A stretch of DNA of 36,487 nucleotides from Octopus sinensis (taxonomy: Eukaryota), in assembly GCF_006345805.1 (NCBI RefSeq), contig NW_021824668.1, forward strand, positions 1-36,487, in the 5' to 3' direction. Positions within the stretch are counted from its first letter, which is position 1, and each line of letters opens with the position of its first letter. The position numbers and the translations under genes were made by a program. Below are positions 1 to 11,007 of the stretch, piece by piece. The notes beneath the pieces were generated by a model. That model was not told where the DNA came from and searched no databases. It saw only the letters and a list, made by a program, of their open reading frames with translations.

Positions 1-635
1 GGAAGACACTGTCCTAAGCCATTTTGACTATTGCTCTCAGCTATGGTCACCATCCAGTGTCAAGCTGATCACAGAACTTGAGGCGATCCAACGAAGCTAC
101 ACGAAGAAGATAGCCTCTGTGCAGCATATGAGCTACTGGGAGAGACTCAAGAGATTAAAGCTCTATTCCCTGGAGCGTAGGCGAGAAAGATATGCCATAA
201 TATACATCTGGAAAATCCTGGAAGGCCTTGTCCCAGACTTTGGCATCGAGAGTCACACAAATGCCAGAACCGGATGCCACTGTGTAGTACCAAGGACTCC
301 AAATTTGCCATCAAGATGTAGGACAAGATATGTGTAGTCTGGGCTTCAGAGGCCCACGGCTCTTCAATATCCTCCCGAAGAACCTGAGGGACCTGCATGG
401 TGTGGATGCGGATTGTCTTAAAGTAGGACTGGATCTCTTCCTGTCAGGTTGTCCCGATGAACCAACTTCACGGCAGGAGGTGCAGATGAGAGCAGCTGCA
501 TCGAACTCTCTCATGCACCAGATGGCTTTTGCCAACAAACATCCGTGAGGTAAAACCGTGTAGCAAACCAAATGGCGGTGCCCCAGCATGGCCACAGCTC
601 ATTAGCTGAAACTGGAAAAATCAAAATCAAAAATC
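1..635 (+). mobile_element. 3' end of a CR1-group LINE (family CR1-1): ORF2 C-terminus, 3' UTR stem-loop and (AAAATC)n tail
   Basis: ORFs 119-337 and 330-548 give YWERLKRLKLYSLERRRERYAIIYIWKI...GPRLFNILPK...LDLFLSGCPDEP, a CR1-type RT C-terminus split by a frameshift; tail aaaaatcaaaatcaaaaatc at 616-635. Confidence 0.85.
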
Positions 636-864
636 ATATACATATAAATATATATATATACATACATATAAATATATATATACATACATATAAATATATA
701 TATACATACATACACATATAAATATATATATACATACATACACATATAAATATATATATACATATACATATAAATATATATATAAATATATATACATACA
801 CATATAAATATATATATACATATAAATATATATATAAATATATATACATACACATATAGATATA
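636..864. repeat. Compound (AT)n microsatellite with recurring ACATATAAAT variant units
   Basis: Read directly from sequence. Confidence 0.95.
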
Positions 865-1498
865 CTAGCAGTATCGCCTGGCGTTGCTCGGGTTTGTAAG
901 GGAGATAACTATATAAGCATTTTTAGAGAGTTATAGCCAAAAATAGCAAAAAATGCATTAAAATGGAAAAAATATGATGGTAAATTTTTTGAAAAATCGT
1001 TGACATCATCGTAGACATTTTTAGAGAGTTCTTCCCTTATATAATAGCGAAAAATGCATTAAAATGGAAAAAAAACGATGGTAAATTTTTTTTAAATCGT
1101 AGACTCATGTAGACGCTTTCTTAGCCATTTCTGTTTTGGTGCCTTCAAGCCATGAAGTCGTTGTTCTAAAAGAACGCTGGTCTCCTTGACAACGCATTAC
1201 GACGTTGATTTCCTTGCACTCCCTTCCCCACAGGTGCAGGTGTGAGCGTGGATGCCAACTCTGCCGCCATCGGACACACGAAAATTATGCATTAAAATGG
1301 AATAAAAAATGATGTTAAATTATTTTTAAATCGTAGAACTCATCGTAGACGCGCGCTAATACTCAGACGGGCTCGATATGAATCACGACTATAAGCTACC
1401 CGAATTTGGTTAAACTGCACCGCAAAATGTGGGAGTAGTTAGGAATCTAAATCGAGGGGACAGACACTCACACAACTACAGTTTTATATATATATAGA
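865..1498 (-). mobile_element. Non-autonomous Helitron with internal tandem subrepeats
   Basis: On the minus strand it starts A|TCTATATATATATAAAA (1498) and ends with the imperfect hairpin CCCGAGCAACGCCAGG about 8 nt before CTAG|T (868-865). It sits between A and T with no TSD. Three ~65-bp subrepeats at ~951-1016, 1052-1114 and 1287-1350. Confidence 0.75.
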
Positions 1499-1509
1499 TA
1501 TACATAGCG

Positions 1510-1800
1510 CAGTAGTGGTGAGATGTGACAGCAAAGAAAAGCATACATTCACTCTCTGCATGCAATTAGACTCGGAAAGTTCGTGAGGAACCCATTGACC
1601 CAATTTGCTGACTTTTCCGATAGCACACAGGTCTCAATGAATGGTTGAATGACCAAATCCAAGCTTCTCTGTCTGCTATTCCCAACAGTAACGATGAGAT
1701 TTTGTTCCACCAGGGTTTTCAGGATGTCCTTGTCGAGTTCTACAGATCTTTCAGGATGAGGCTCGTCTTCTAGGCTGTTCCAATATAGCTTTGAAGAAAA
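1510..1800 (-). mobile_element. Mariner transposase fragment (pseudogene, WVPHEL type)
   Basis: Manual minus-strand translation: SLEDEPHPERSVELDKDILKTLVEQNLIVTV (SLEDEP at 1776-1759), frameshift, then KLGFGHSTIH*DLCAIGKVSKLGQWVPHELSESNCMQRVNVC (WVPHEL at 1594-1577). Confidence 0.8.
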
Positions 1801-2214
1801 TAGCTGTTAAAATCGAAATGCACTCTTCAAAACTTGCACTATGAATAAGACAAGATAAATTACTACCTGCTTTTATAGCAAGTTACTAAGTAGTTTATTA
1901 TCCCATTCCCCTCTGACTTTTGTTCAAGCTGTTGAAAAAACCGCATTATTATATATTATATACATACTACATACATACATACATCTACATATACCACACA
2001 CTCTCTCTCTCACACACATGCACACACATTTATATTCTGTTATTCTTTTATATGTTTCAGCCTTGAGGTTGTGGCCATGCTGGATCATGTGTGTGTGTGT
2101 GTGTGTCTATCTGTCTGTCTGTCTGTAGTATATATGTATATGTATGTGTGTGAACAATAATATTTTCAACAGATGTGTTGCAAATGTATCTGATTGTTCT
2201 CAAGCTTCGATACT

Positions 2215-2323
2215 GTGTGTGTGTGTGTGTATGTGTGTGTGTGTGTATGTATGTATGTATATGTATGTATGTATATGTATGTATGTATGTATGTGTGTAT
2301 GTATGTGTGTGTGTATGTATGTA

Positions 2324-2376
<53 letters not shown>

Positions 2377-2420
2377 ATGTATGTATGTATGTATGTATGT
2401 ATGTATGTATGTATGAGTGT
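2215..2420. repeat. (TG)n/(TGTA)n compound microsatellite
   Basis: Read directly; explains ORFs 2144-2462. Confidence 0.95.
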
Positions 2421-2435
2421 ATGTTTACTTTATTA

Positions 2436-2862
2436 CTAACACAAGCCAGTACGGTTATTTAATGTAAAGTCTTCCTCAAATCACTATCTCTGGCTATTTA
2501 CTCTCTTCCAAGAAATTTTCACTCACCGTATGTGTTAGCTTCCATACATTTTACTCATGTATCTATCAGCGTGATAGAGAGAAACAAATATTACATCTAG
2601 TTTCACTTTATTCGTTGCCCACTGTGTGTGGAGTTTGCGTTGTGTGTAAACAGACTAAGAAAAGCATTTGACACACACACCAGAATGTGAGTTTGCAAAT
2701 TTTGCTTAATTGGAGTTTAAATTTTAAAAACTGGACCTGGCATGACGGGATGCATTGTACTCTTAAAAATGGTAGGTAAATTGTAATTGAAGAAATCCTA
2801 TATTGTAGATTTGTATAACTCCCAAAGGGAGGCAGATAAAATCTGCCTTTTATAATAAGAGA
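2436..2862 (-). mobile_element. Probable second non-autonomous Helitron family
   Basis: Minus strand starts A|TCTCTTATTATAAAAG at 2862, with a perfect hairpin GGCAGAT-AAA-ATCTGCC (2831-2847). The 3' end is only a decayed TTAG|T at 2439-2436. Confidence 0.5.
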
Positions 2863-3790
2863 TATATATATACATATAAATATACATATATATATACACA
2901 TATAAATATATATATATATACATATATATACACACACATAAATATATATATATATATATACATACATGTATATTTTGGCGTTAGGAAGGGCATCCAGCCG
3001 TAGAAACACTGCCAGATTTGACTGGGCCTGATGAAGCCTTCTGGCTTCACAGACCCCAGTAGAACCGTCCAACACATGCTAGCATGGAAAACGGACGCTA
3101 AACGATGATGATGATGATGATGACATATAAATATATATATATAAATAAATATATATATATACATATAAATATATATACGCATATAAATATATATATATAT
3201 ATAAATATATATATACATATAAATATATATATATACATATAAATATATACATACATATAAATATATACATACATATAAATATATACATACATAAAATATA
3301 TACATATAAATAATTATACATACATGTAAATATATATATACATATAAATATATATATACATATAATATATATATATACATATATAAATATATATATATAT
3401 AAATATATAAATACATATAAATATATACATATATAAATATATATATATATACATATATAAATATATATATATATACATATATAAATATATATATATATAC
3501 ATATATAATATATATATATATATACATATATAAATATATATATACATATATAAATATATATATACATATATATATACATATAAATATATATATACATATA
3601 AATATATATATACATATAAATATATATATAAATATATATATTATATAAATATATATATATATATAAATATATATATATACATATATAAATATATATATAA
3701 CATATATATATATATATATACATATATACATACACATATATATATAAATATATATATACATATATAATACACATATAAATAAATATATAT
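2863..3790. repeat. Long ACATATAAAT-type (AT)n array interrupted by an RTE 3' fragment
   Basis: Read directly: 2863-2974 and 3124-3790. Confidence 0.95.
2975..3123 (+). mobile_element. 5'-truncated 3' end of the PHD-RTE family with (GAT)n tail
   Basis: 128/129 identical to the reverse complement of 4351-4479; carries GGAAGGGCATCC, a CATGCTAGCATG palindrome and a (GAT)n tail. Confidence 0.85.
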
Positions 3791-3792
3791 CC

Positions 3793-4196
3793 CAGGAGTG
3801 GCTGTGTGGTAAGTAGCTTGCTAACCAACCACATGGTTCCGGTTCAGTCCCACTGCGTGGCATCTTGGGCAAGTGTCTTCTGCTATAGCCCCGGGCCGAC
3901 CAATGCCTTGTGAGTGGATTTGGTAGACGGAAACTGAAGAAGCCTGTCGTATATATGTATATATATATATGTGTGGTGTGTGTGTTTGTGTGTGTGTTGG
4001 GTGTCTGTGTTTGTCCCCCTAGCATTGCTTGACAACCGATGCTGGTGTGTTTACGTCCCCGTCACTTAGTGGTTCGGCACAAGAGACCGATAGAATAAGT
4101 ACTGGGCTTACAAAGAATAAGTCCTGGGGTCGATTCGCTCGACTAAAAAAAGGCGGTGCTCCAGCATGGCCGCAGTCAAATGACTGAAACAAGTAT
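3793..4196 (+). mobile_element. SINE-A (tRNA head, CORE-like segment, internal microsatellite, CR1-type tail)
   Basis: A box TGGCTGTGTGG, B box GGTTCAGTCCC, CTTGGGCAAGTGTCTT segment, 3' GGCGGTGCTCCAGCATGGCCGCAGTCAAATGACTGAAAC; multiple near-identical copies in the window. Confidence 0.88.
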
Positions 4197-4324
4197 AAAA
4201 AAAAAATTATAAAAAAAAAATATATACATACACATATAAATATATATATACATACACATATAAATATATATATAAATACATATAAATATATATATATATA
4301 TACATATAAATATATATATATATA

Positions 4325-5862
4325 TCATCATCATCATCATCATCATCATCGTTTAGCGTCCGTTTTCCATGCTAGCATGGGTTGGACGGTTCTACTGGGG
4401 TCTGTGAAGCCAGAAGGCTTCATCAGGCCCAGTCAAATCTGGCAGTGTTTCTACGGCTGGATGCCCTTCCTAACGCCAACCACTCCGTGAGTGTAGTGGG
4501 TGCTTTTTACGTGCCACCCGCACAGGTGCCAGACAGAGCTGGCAAATGGCCACGAACGGATGGCACTTTTTATGTGCCACCAGCACGGGGGCCAGGCGAG
4601 GCTGGCAACGGACACGAACGGATGGTGGTTTTTACCACGGGGCGGCGCTGGTAACGGTCGCGAAACGGAAAGTTCTCTTACATGCCACCGGCACTGGTAA
4701 CACATCTGCAATTTCCATTGATCGATTTCGATTCTGATCCTCACTTGCCTCAAAAGGTCTTCACAAGTAGAGTTTTGTGTCCCAAGAAGGGAAGGTATGC
4801 ATATGTAGGCTGGCTCCATCCCATGTAGAAGGCCACGGGTTATGGACTCACTTGTCCTGCCGGGTCTTCTCGCGCACAGCACACTTCCAGAGGTCTCGGT
4901 CTCTAGTCATTTCCTCAGTGAGACCTAAAGTTCGAAGGTCGTGCTTCACCACCTTGTCCCAGGTTTTCCTGGGTCTGCCTCTTCCGCAGGTTCCCTCAAC
5001 CGCTAGGGTGTGGCACTTTTTCACACAACTATCTTCATCCATTCTCGCCACATGACCATACCAGCGCAAATGTCTCTCTTGCACACCACAACTGATGCTT
5101 CTTAGGTCCAGCTTTTCTCTCAAGGTACTTACACTCTGCCGAGTATGAGTACTGACATTACACATCCATCGGAGCATACTGGCTTCATTTCTTGTGAGCT
5201 TACGCATATCCTCAGCAGTCACAGCCCATGTTTCACTGCCATGTAGCATGGCTGTTCGTACACACGCATCATACAGTCTGCCTTTTACTCTGTGCGAGAG
5301 GCTTTTTGTCACCAGCAGAGGTAAGAGCTCTCTGAACTTTGCCCAAGCTATTCTTACTCTAGCAGTTACACTTTCAGCACACCCGCCCCCGCTGCTGACT
5401 TCGTCACCTAGGTAACGGAAACTATCAACTATTTCTAGTTTTTCTCCCTGGAAAGTGACGGAAGTTGGTCTCAGCATTTTCAGTGTTTATTGTTCCTGAG
5501 CATCTGCCACATACAAAAACCATCTTCCTAGTTAGCTTTCCTTTGACATTGCTGCACCTCTTATGTGTCCATAGCTTACACTTGGTGCATCTTATAGAGT
5601 TTCTACCTACACCTTTTCTACAGATCGAGCAGGGCCATCTACCTGAAGGCGTTTGTGATTTGTCTACCTTCCTACTGATTACGACTTTGGTTTTAGCTAG
5701 ATTGACTCTGAGGCCCTTCGATTCTAATCCTTGTTTCCACACCTGAAACTTCTCCTCCAGTTCTGATAGCGACTCAGCAATTAGAGCAAGGTCATCAGCA
5801 TAGAGGAGCTCCCAAGGGCATCCTGTCTTGAATTCCTCCGTTATTGCCTGGAGGACTATGAT
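4325..5862 (-). mobile_element. 5'-truncated RTE-clade LINE: RT motifs, inserted PHD finger, C-terminus, repeat-containing 3' UTR and (GAT)n tail
   Basis: [24 protein letters not shown] (YADD at 5802-5791), [11 protein letters not shown]4HC3 finger at 5631-5500, one frameshift near 5475, then FRYLG...LHGSETW...LRWYGHVARM...GRGRPRKTW ending at 4848. Flanked by (AT)n at both ends. Confidence 0.92.
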
Positions 5863-6155
5863 ATATATATATATACACATATAAATATATATATATACAT
5901 ATATAAATATATATATATACATATATAAAATATAATATACATATATATATATAATATATATATATACATATATATAAATATATATATATACATATATATA
6001 TATAAATATATATATATCCATATATATATATAAATCTATATATATACATATATATATATAAATATAAATACATATATATATAAATATATATATATACATA
6101 TATATATATAAATATATATATATACATATATATATATAAATAATAGTATATATAT
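5863..6155. repeat. ACATATAAAT-type (AT)n array
   Basis: Read directly. Confidence 0.95.
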
Positions 6156-7905
6156 TTACCACCCCGTTGGAACACAGACAAGTGAACGAACTAGTGGACT
6201 TCTTTGCCGCCTTGCCTGTAACCAGCGAGGCAGTTACAATAGAATACATTGACATTAGCAAAGAAGATGTACAACCAGCTATAGATGGAGTGGACACAAA
6301 CTCAACTGCTGGTCCTGATGGTTTCCCAGCAATCCTCCTCAAATCGTGTAAACATGCCCTAACAAAACCCCTCATGATTTTCTTCCAGAGCTTTCTTACA
6401 AATGGTAAACTGCTAAGCAAGCTGAAAGAGGGAATAATATGCCCAATACATAAAGGGGGTTAGTAGAGCAGATGCCAAAAACTATAGGCCTATCTATCTG
6501 ACTTCACACATCAGCAAAGTCATGGATCGGATAGTGAGAGGGAAACTAATCGCATTCCTTGAAAAAAATAACTTGCTAAGTGATACCCAACATGGTTTTT
6601 GACCAGGTAGGAGCTGCCTGATCCAGCTCTTACAACATTATGACTGGGTGTTGAGGTAGTTACTCAACAAATCATATGTGGATATAATATACCTTGATTT
6701 TGCAAAAGCTTTTGATAAGGTGGATCATGGTATGATATGCCACAAACTGCGTGACCTTGGCATAGCTGAAAAACTTGGAGTGTGGTTACATGACTTCCTG
6801 AAAGATAGGAGTCAGGCAGTAGTGTCTAATGGAGCCACGTCTATGAACACACAAATTGTGAGCAGTGTTCCACAGGGCACTGTCTTGGGACCACTGCTTT
6901 TTATAGTGGCCCTCTCAGATATGCCATCAAGTGCCCAGATAGCCACTCTGGCAAGCTATGCAGATGATACGAAAGTCTCTCAGAAAATACAGAACCCCAG
7001 CGATGTTGCAGGAGTTGAACTCAATTTACAGATGGGCTGAGGATAATAATATGCAGGTTAATGCTGAAAAATTCCAGGCCCTGTGCTACCAGCATCCAAA
7101 ACTGAATATTAAACCTACAGGGTACACCGGTCCACAGGGAATTTCAATCCCAGAGCCTAAGTCAGTGAGGGACCTGGGTATCGACATGAGTGATGATACC
7201 TCTTTCCAAGTGCACATTATCAGGATGGCAGCAAAGTGCAGACGACTGGCTGGATGGATCCTAAGAACATTCAGAACCAGAGATAAGGAAACCATGATGG
7301 TCCTCTGGCAGACATTCGTCCTCAGCTGCCTGGATTACTGCTCACAGCTATGGTCACCCAACAGTATGAAATTAACAGTGGACCTTGAAGTAATCCAGAG
7401 AAGATTCACAAAGAAGATTGTCTCTTTGCAACAGCTCAGCTACTGGGAAACAGCTAAGATTCTACTCTCTGGAGAGAAGGTGGGAGAGGTATGCAGTAAT
7501 ATACATCTGGAAGATCCTAGAAGGAATTGTACCAAATTTTGGCATTGAAAGCTACACTAATGCTAGAATGGGATGACACTACATAGTGACAAAGATCCCA
7601 GCAAGGCCATCGCGCTTCAGGACCAGTTACTGCAACAGCCTGGGTGTCAGGGGCCCACAGCTTTTTAATATTCTCCCAAAGAGCCTGAGGAATCAGCACA
7701 AAGTACATGTAAGCGTTTTTAAATCAAAGCTGGACCTCTTCCTATCGAGAGTTCCAGATGAACCTACCTCACAGCAAGAGGTGCAAATGAGAGTAGCTAT
7801 ATCAAACACCATTCTTCAGCAAGTGCCACATATTGGAAGAGGCTCTCAGTAATAACAGTGTAGCGAAACGGTGTTGCATCAGCATGGCTGCAGCTCTGAG
7901 CACAG
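6156..7905 (+). mobile_element. Decayed 5'-truncated CR1-1 LINE (RT region to 3' UTR)
   Basis: AGPDGFP, NYRP, YLDFAKAFDKVDH, VPQGTVLGPLLF, YADDTK and LDYCSQLWSP motifs with several stops and frameshifts; 3' part homologous to 1-635. Confidence 0.9.
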
Positions 7906-8116
7906 TGACGTCCTGTATAGTTCTTTATTCCAAAGTTTGGCATCAATCCTTCCAGTATCTTCTATATATATATCATTGCATACCTCTCCCACCTTTGTTC
8001 CAGGGAATAGAGTCATAGCTCTTTCAATCTGTCCCAGTAGCTCAGTTATTCCACTGATGCAATCTTCTTTGTGTAATGTTGTTGGACTGCTTCAAGCTCT
8101 GCTATCATCTTTGTAG

Positions 8117-8151
<35 letters not shown>

Positions 8152-8153
8152 TA

Positions 8154-8542
8154 TACTCTTACTCTTTTACTTGTTTCAGTCATTTGACTGTGGCCATGCT
8201 GGAGCACCGCCTTTAGTCGAGCAAATCAACTCCAGGACTTATTCTTTGTAAGACTAGTACTTATTCTATTGGTCTCTTTTGCCAAACTGCTAAGTTATGG
8301 GGACATAAACACACCAGCATCGGTTGTCAAGCAAAAAATATACACACACATACATATATATATATATATACATATATACGACAGTCTTCTTTCAGTTTCT
8401 GTCTACCAAATCTACTCACAAGGCTTTGGTCAGCTCGAGGCTATAGTAGAAGGCACTTGCCTGAGGTGCCATGCAGTAGGATTGAACACGGAAATATGCA
8501 GTTGGTAAGCGAGCTACTTACCACACAGCCACTCCTGCACCT
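8154..8542 (-). mobile_element. SINE-A copy
   Basis: Reverse complement of the SINE-A head, body and (AAAAGAGT)n tail. Confidence 0.85.
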
Positions 8543-9005
8543 ATATATATATATATATGTACACAAACATATATACATATACACACAGAGGCTTCCAAAT
8601 ACGTACATATCTACAATCTTATATATTCACTGTGTGTGTGTGTGTGTGTGTGCGTGTGTGTGCATGCGTGTGTGCATGCACTGATAATCATTATTTGCAA
8701 GTGTGTGTGTGTGTGTGTTTAAAATGTGGCACTGTCAACTAGCAGCAAAACAATGACATAGTTACAATAGAAACAACAACAAATCTCTGATATTGTAAAT
8801 AAGCAGACAAAAGGAATGAGGCAGCCGACTCTCGTGAGGTTGTTCAACCCACTCAGTCTCGTGCAGTAGACATGTATTGCTCAATATACTCCATAGTCTA
8901 CGTACATTATCTGAGAGAGGAAACCTCGTGAGTGAGTAAACGGACTCTGCTTATAAATAGGAATGTTCACATGCAACAATCTCACTGCTCAAGTCAGTCA
9001 CTGGC

Positions 9006-9065
9006 TTGCTAGAAATAGCAACCAAATTCCTTTAGAAGTTTAGAGTGGATAATGCAGTCCTTGAC
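9006..9065 (+). repeat. Unclassified interspersed repeat with a GCTA-GAAA-TAGC hairpin (other copies near 9846, 17022, 20388, 35776; related decayed segments near 9600 and 19240)
   Basis: Recurrent (T/C)TGCTAGAAATAGCA(A/G) followed by related downstream sequence; all copies on the + strand. Confidence 0.6.
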
Positions 9066-9067
9066 AC

Positions 9068-9298
9068 TATTCTTTTGCTTGTTTCAGCCATTTGACTGTG
9101 GCCATGCTGGAGCACCACCCTGAAAGGTTTTAGCCAAACAAATCAATCCCAGGACTCTTAATTTTTTAAAGCCTACTACTTACTCTATTAATCACTTTTG
9201 CCGAACTGCTAAGTTATGGGGACACAAACAGATCAACACTGGTTGTCAAGCAGAGATAGGGGCACAAACGCAGACACAAAGACACACACACATGCACG

Positions 9299-9345
<47 letters not shown>

Positions 9346-9470
9346 TTCATTCAGTTTCTGTCTACCAAATCTACTCAGAAGGCTTTGGTGAGTCCAAGGT
9401 GCCACACAGGGGGACTGAACCTGGAACCTTGTGGTTGGGAAGCAAGCTTCATACCACATAACCACACCTG
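9068..9470 (-). mobile_element. SINE-A copy, older, with internal (CA)n
   Basis: Homology to SINE-A tail, body and head. Confidence 0.8.
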
Positions 9471-10109
9471 AGCTGAAAATAAGATAGGTCTGCTGGATCA
9501 GAGTAACTTGCTGGTAAATATCAACAATCTGATATATGTACTTTGTATAAGTTACTATATACTAGACACACAAGTTTGTGGTAATTGCTCGAACCCTGGA
9601 AATAAAAGCCAAAATCTCCCTCAAATCGTAATGTATTGTTATAAAAATAAAAAGGTCACCTAGTGCTAGATGCACTGTCTGAATAGAAGACACTCAGGAG
9701 CTAAACAATACCAGCTATATGTATGCATGTGTGTGTGTGTGTATGTGTGTGTGTGCATGTGTGTGCGTGCATGTGTGTGTGTGTGTGTGTGTGTAATAGA
9801 TAATTCAGAACTAAGTAAGGTAAACTATGTGGTCATAACTTGATACTGCTAGAAATAGCAGTCAAATCATCTTTATATTAATCTTACTCTTTGAATTACG
9901 CCACATTGAGTTAATAAATTACACCTAGATAAACTTGTGTTGTTGACTTCCAAGTGCATTTAGTCATAAACTCAGTAGCATGAATTATACCACACAAAAG
10001 TTATACACATTGTACACACCAACTAAATCAACTGTTGATACTAAGTCTTTGCAAGAGATACAGTTCAGTAACTTAAACCACACGAGTAGAATCATAAGCA
10101 CTCAGGACA

Positions 10110-10282
10110 AAATGGCTAGCGGCATTTTGTCTGTCTTTATGTTCTGAGTTCAAATTCTGCTGAGGTTTACTTTTCATCCTTTCGGGGTTGATAAAATAAG
10201 TACCAGTTGAGCACTGGGGTCGATGTAATTGACTTACCCACTCCCATAAAATTGCAGGCCTTGTGTCAAAGTTTGAAACCTA
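10110..10282 (+). mobile_element. SINE-B (B2 tail variant), 5'-truncated
   Basis: GAGTTCAAATT B-box-like motif, CTTTTCATCCTTTCGGGGTTGATAAAATAAGTACCAG core, GGCCTTGTG tail. Confidence 0.75.
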
Positions 10283-10429
10283 TTTGCAGCTAGGTAGACC
10301 GTTACCAGTAAATAGTTGTTATAGATATAGTCCATTGAACTGTACCACATTGTGGTATCTACATACAGCCAGGTGGACTGCTAACAGTTGTCTTTGCTAT
10401 AGGCACAGTTCAGGGAACTATAACCACAC

Positions 10430-10653
10430 TGGTTAAACAACAATAATGCAAGATGGAAGGGAATTCCAGAGGGTAGCAGTCATGTGGAGGAATGTTTGGG
10501 CTGCACTTGGAGACAAGAAAGCAGCAAGCATTACAAAAAATAAAAATGAAAGATGTATGAATCCAAAATTAATTAGACAACCTCTAAAGTAGAAGGAGCA
10601 GAAATTGCTATTTAGTAGTAAAAACAAAAAGAGATAGCACATTACAATAATGT
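10430..10653 (-). mobile_element. Decayed 3' end of a CR1-group LINE of family CR1-3
   Basis: Minus strand reads HYCNVLSLF...TFLHMTATLWNSLPSCII; WNSLP is typical of the CR1/L2-group C-terminus. Confidence 0.5.
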
Positions 10654-10875
10654 AGTAGAATCTTAGCTGTTTCCCAGTAGCTGAGCTGTTGCAAAGAGAC
10701 AATCTTCTTTGTGAATCTTCTCTGGATTACTTCAAGGTCCGCTGTTAATTTCATACTGTTGGGTGACCATAGCTGTGAGCAGTAATCCAGGCAGCTGAGG
10801 ACGAATGTCCGCCAGAGGACTATCATGGTTTCCTTATCTCTGGTTCTGAATGTTCTTAGGATCCATCCAGCCAGT
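10654..10875 (-). repeat. 222-bp inverted copy of LINE segment 7245-7466
   Basis: Manual alignment gives 219/222 identity and a shared frameshifting deletion. Confidence 0.92.
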
Positions 10876-11007
10876 TTACCTATTTGGTTAGTGTAGTGGT
10901 ATTTCAAGCTGGATGCTCTCCTTTACTAGAGGATAAGGTTGTGTCAGCGATCATGATATCCTTTAGCATTCAGATTACTCTATCAAATGTAATGCTTATT
11001 TAATCTG

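Noticed and set aside
3028-3052. CTGATGA followed by a hairpin, like a hammerhead ribozyme core
   Set aside because: The required GAAA after stem II is missing (TCACAG follows), and other copies read CTGGTGC.
602-6420. Long I/Y/M/C/V-rich ORFs (for example 2850-4025, 391 aa, and 5425-6420, 331 aa)
   Set aside because: They are translations of stop-free (AT)n/(GT)n tracts; only the RTE part of 5425-6420 is real coding sequence.
9008-9021. GCTAGAAATAGCAA is identical to part of the engineered SpCas9 sgRNA scaffold
   Set aside because: Only 14 nt match, the flanking scaffold sequence is absent, and the motif belongs to a decayed multi-copy eukaryotic repeat; no cas genes or array.
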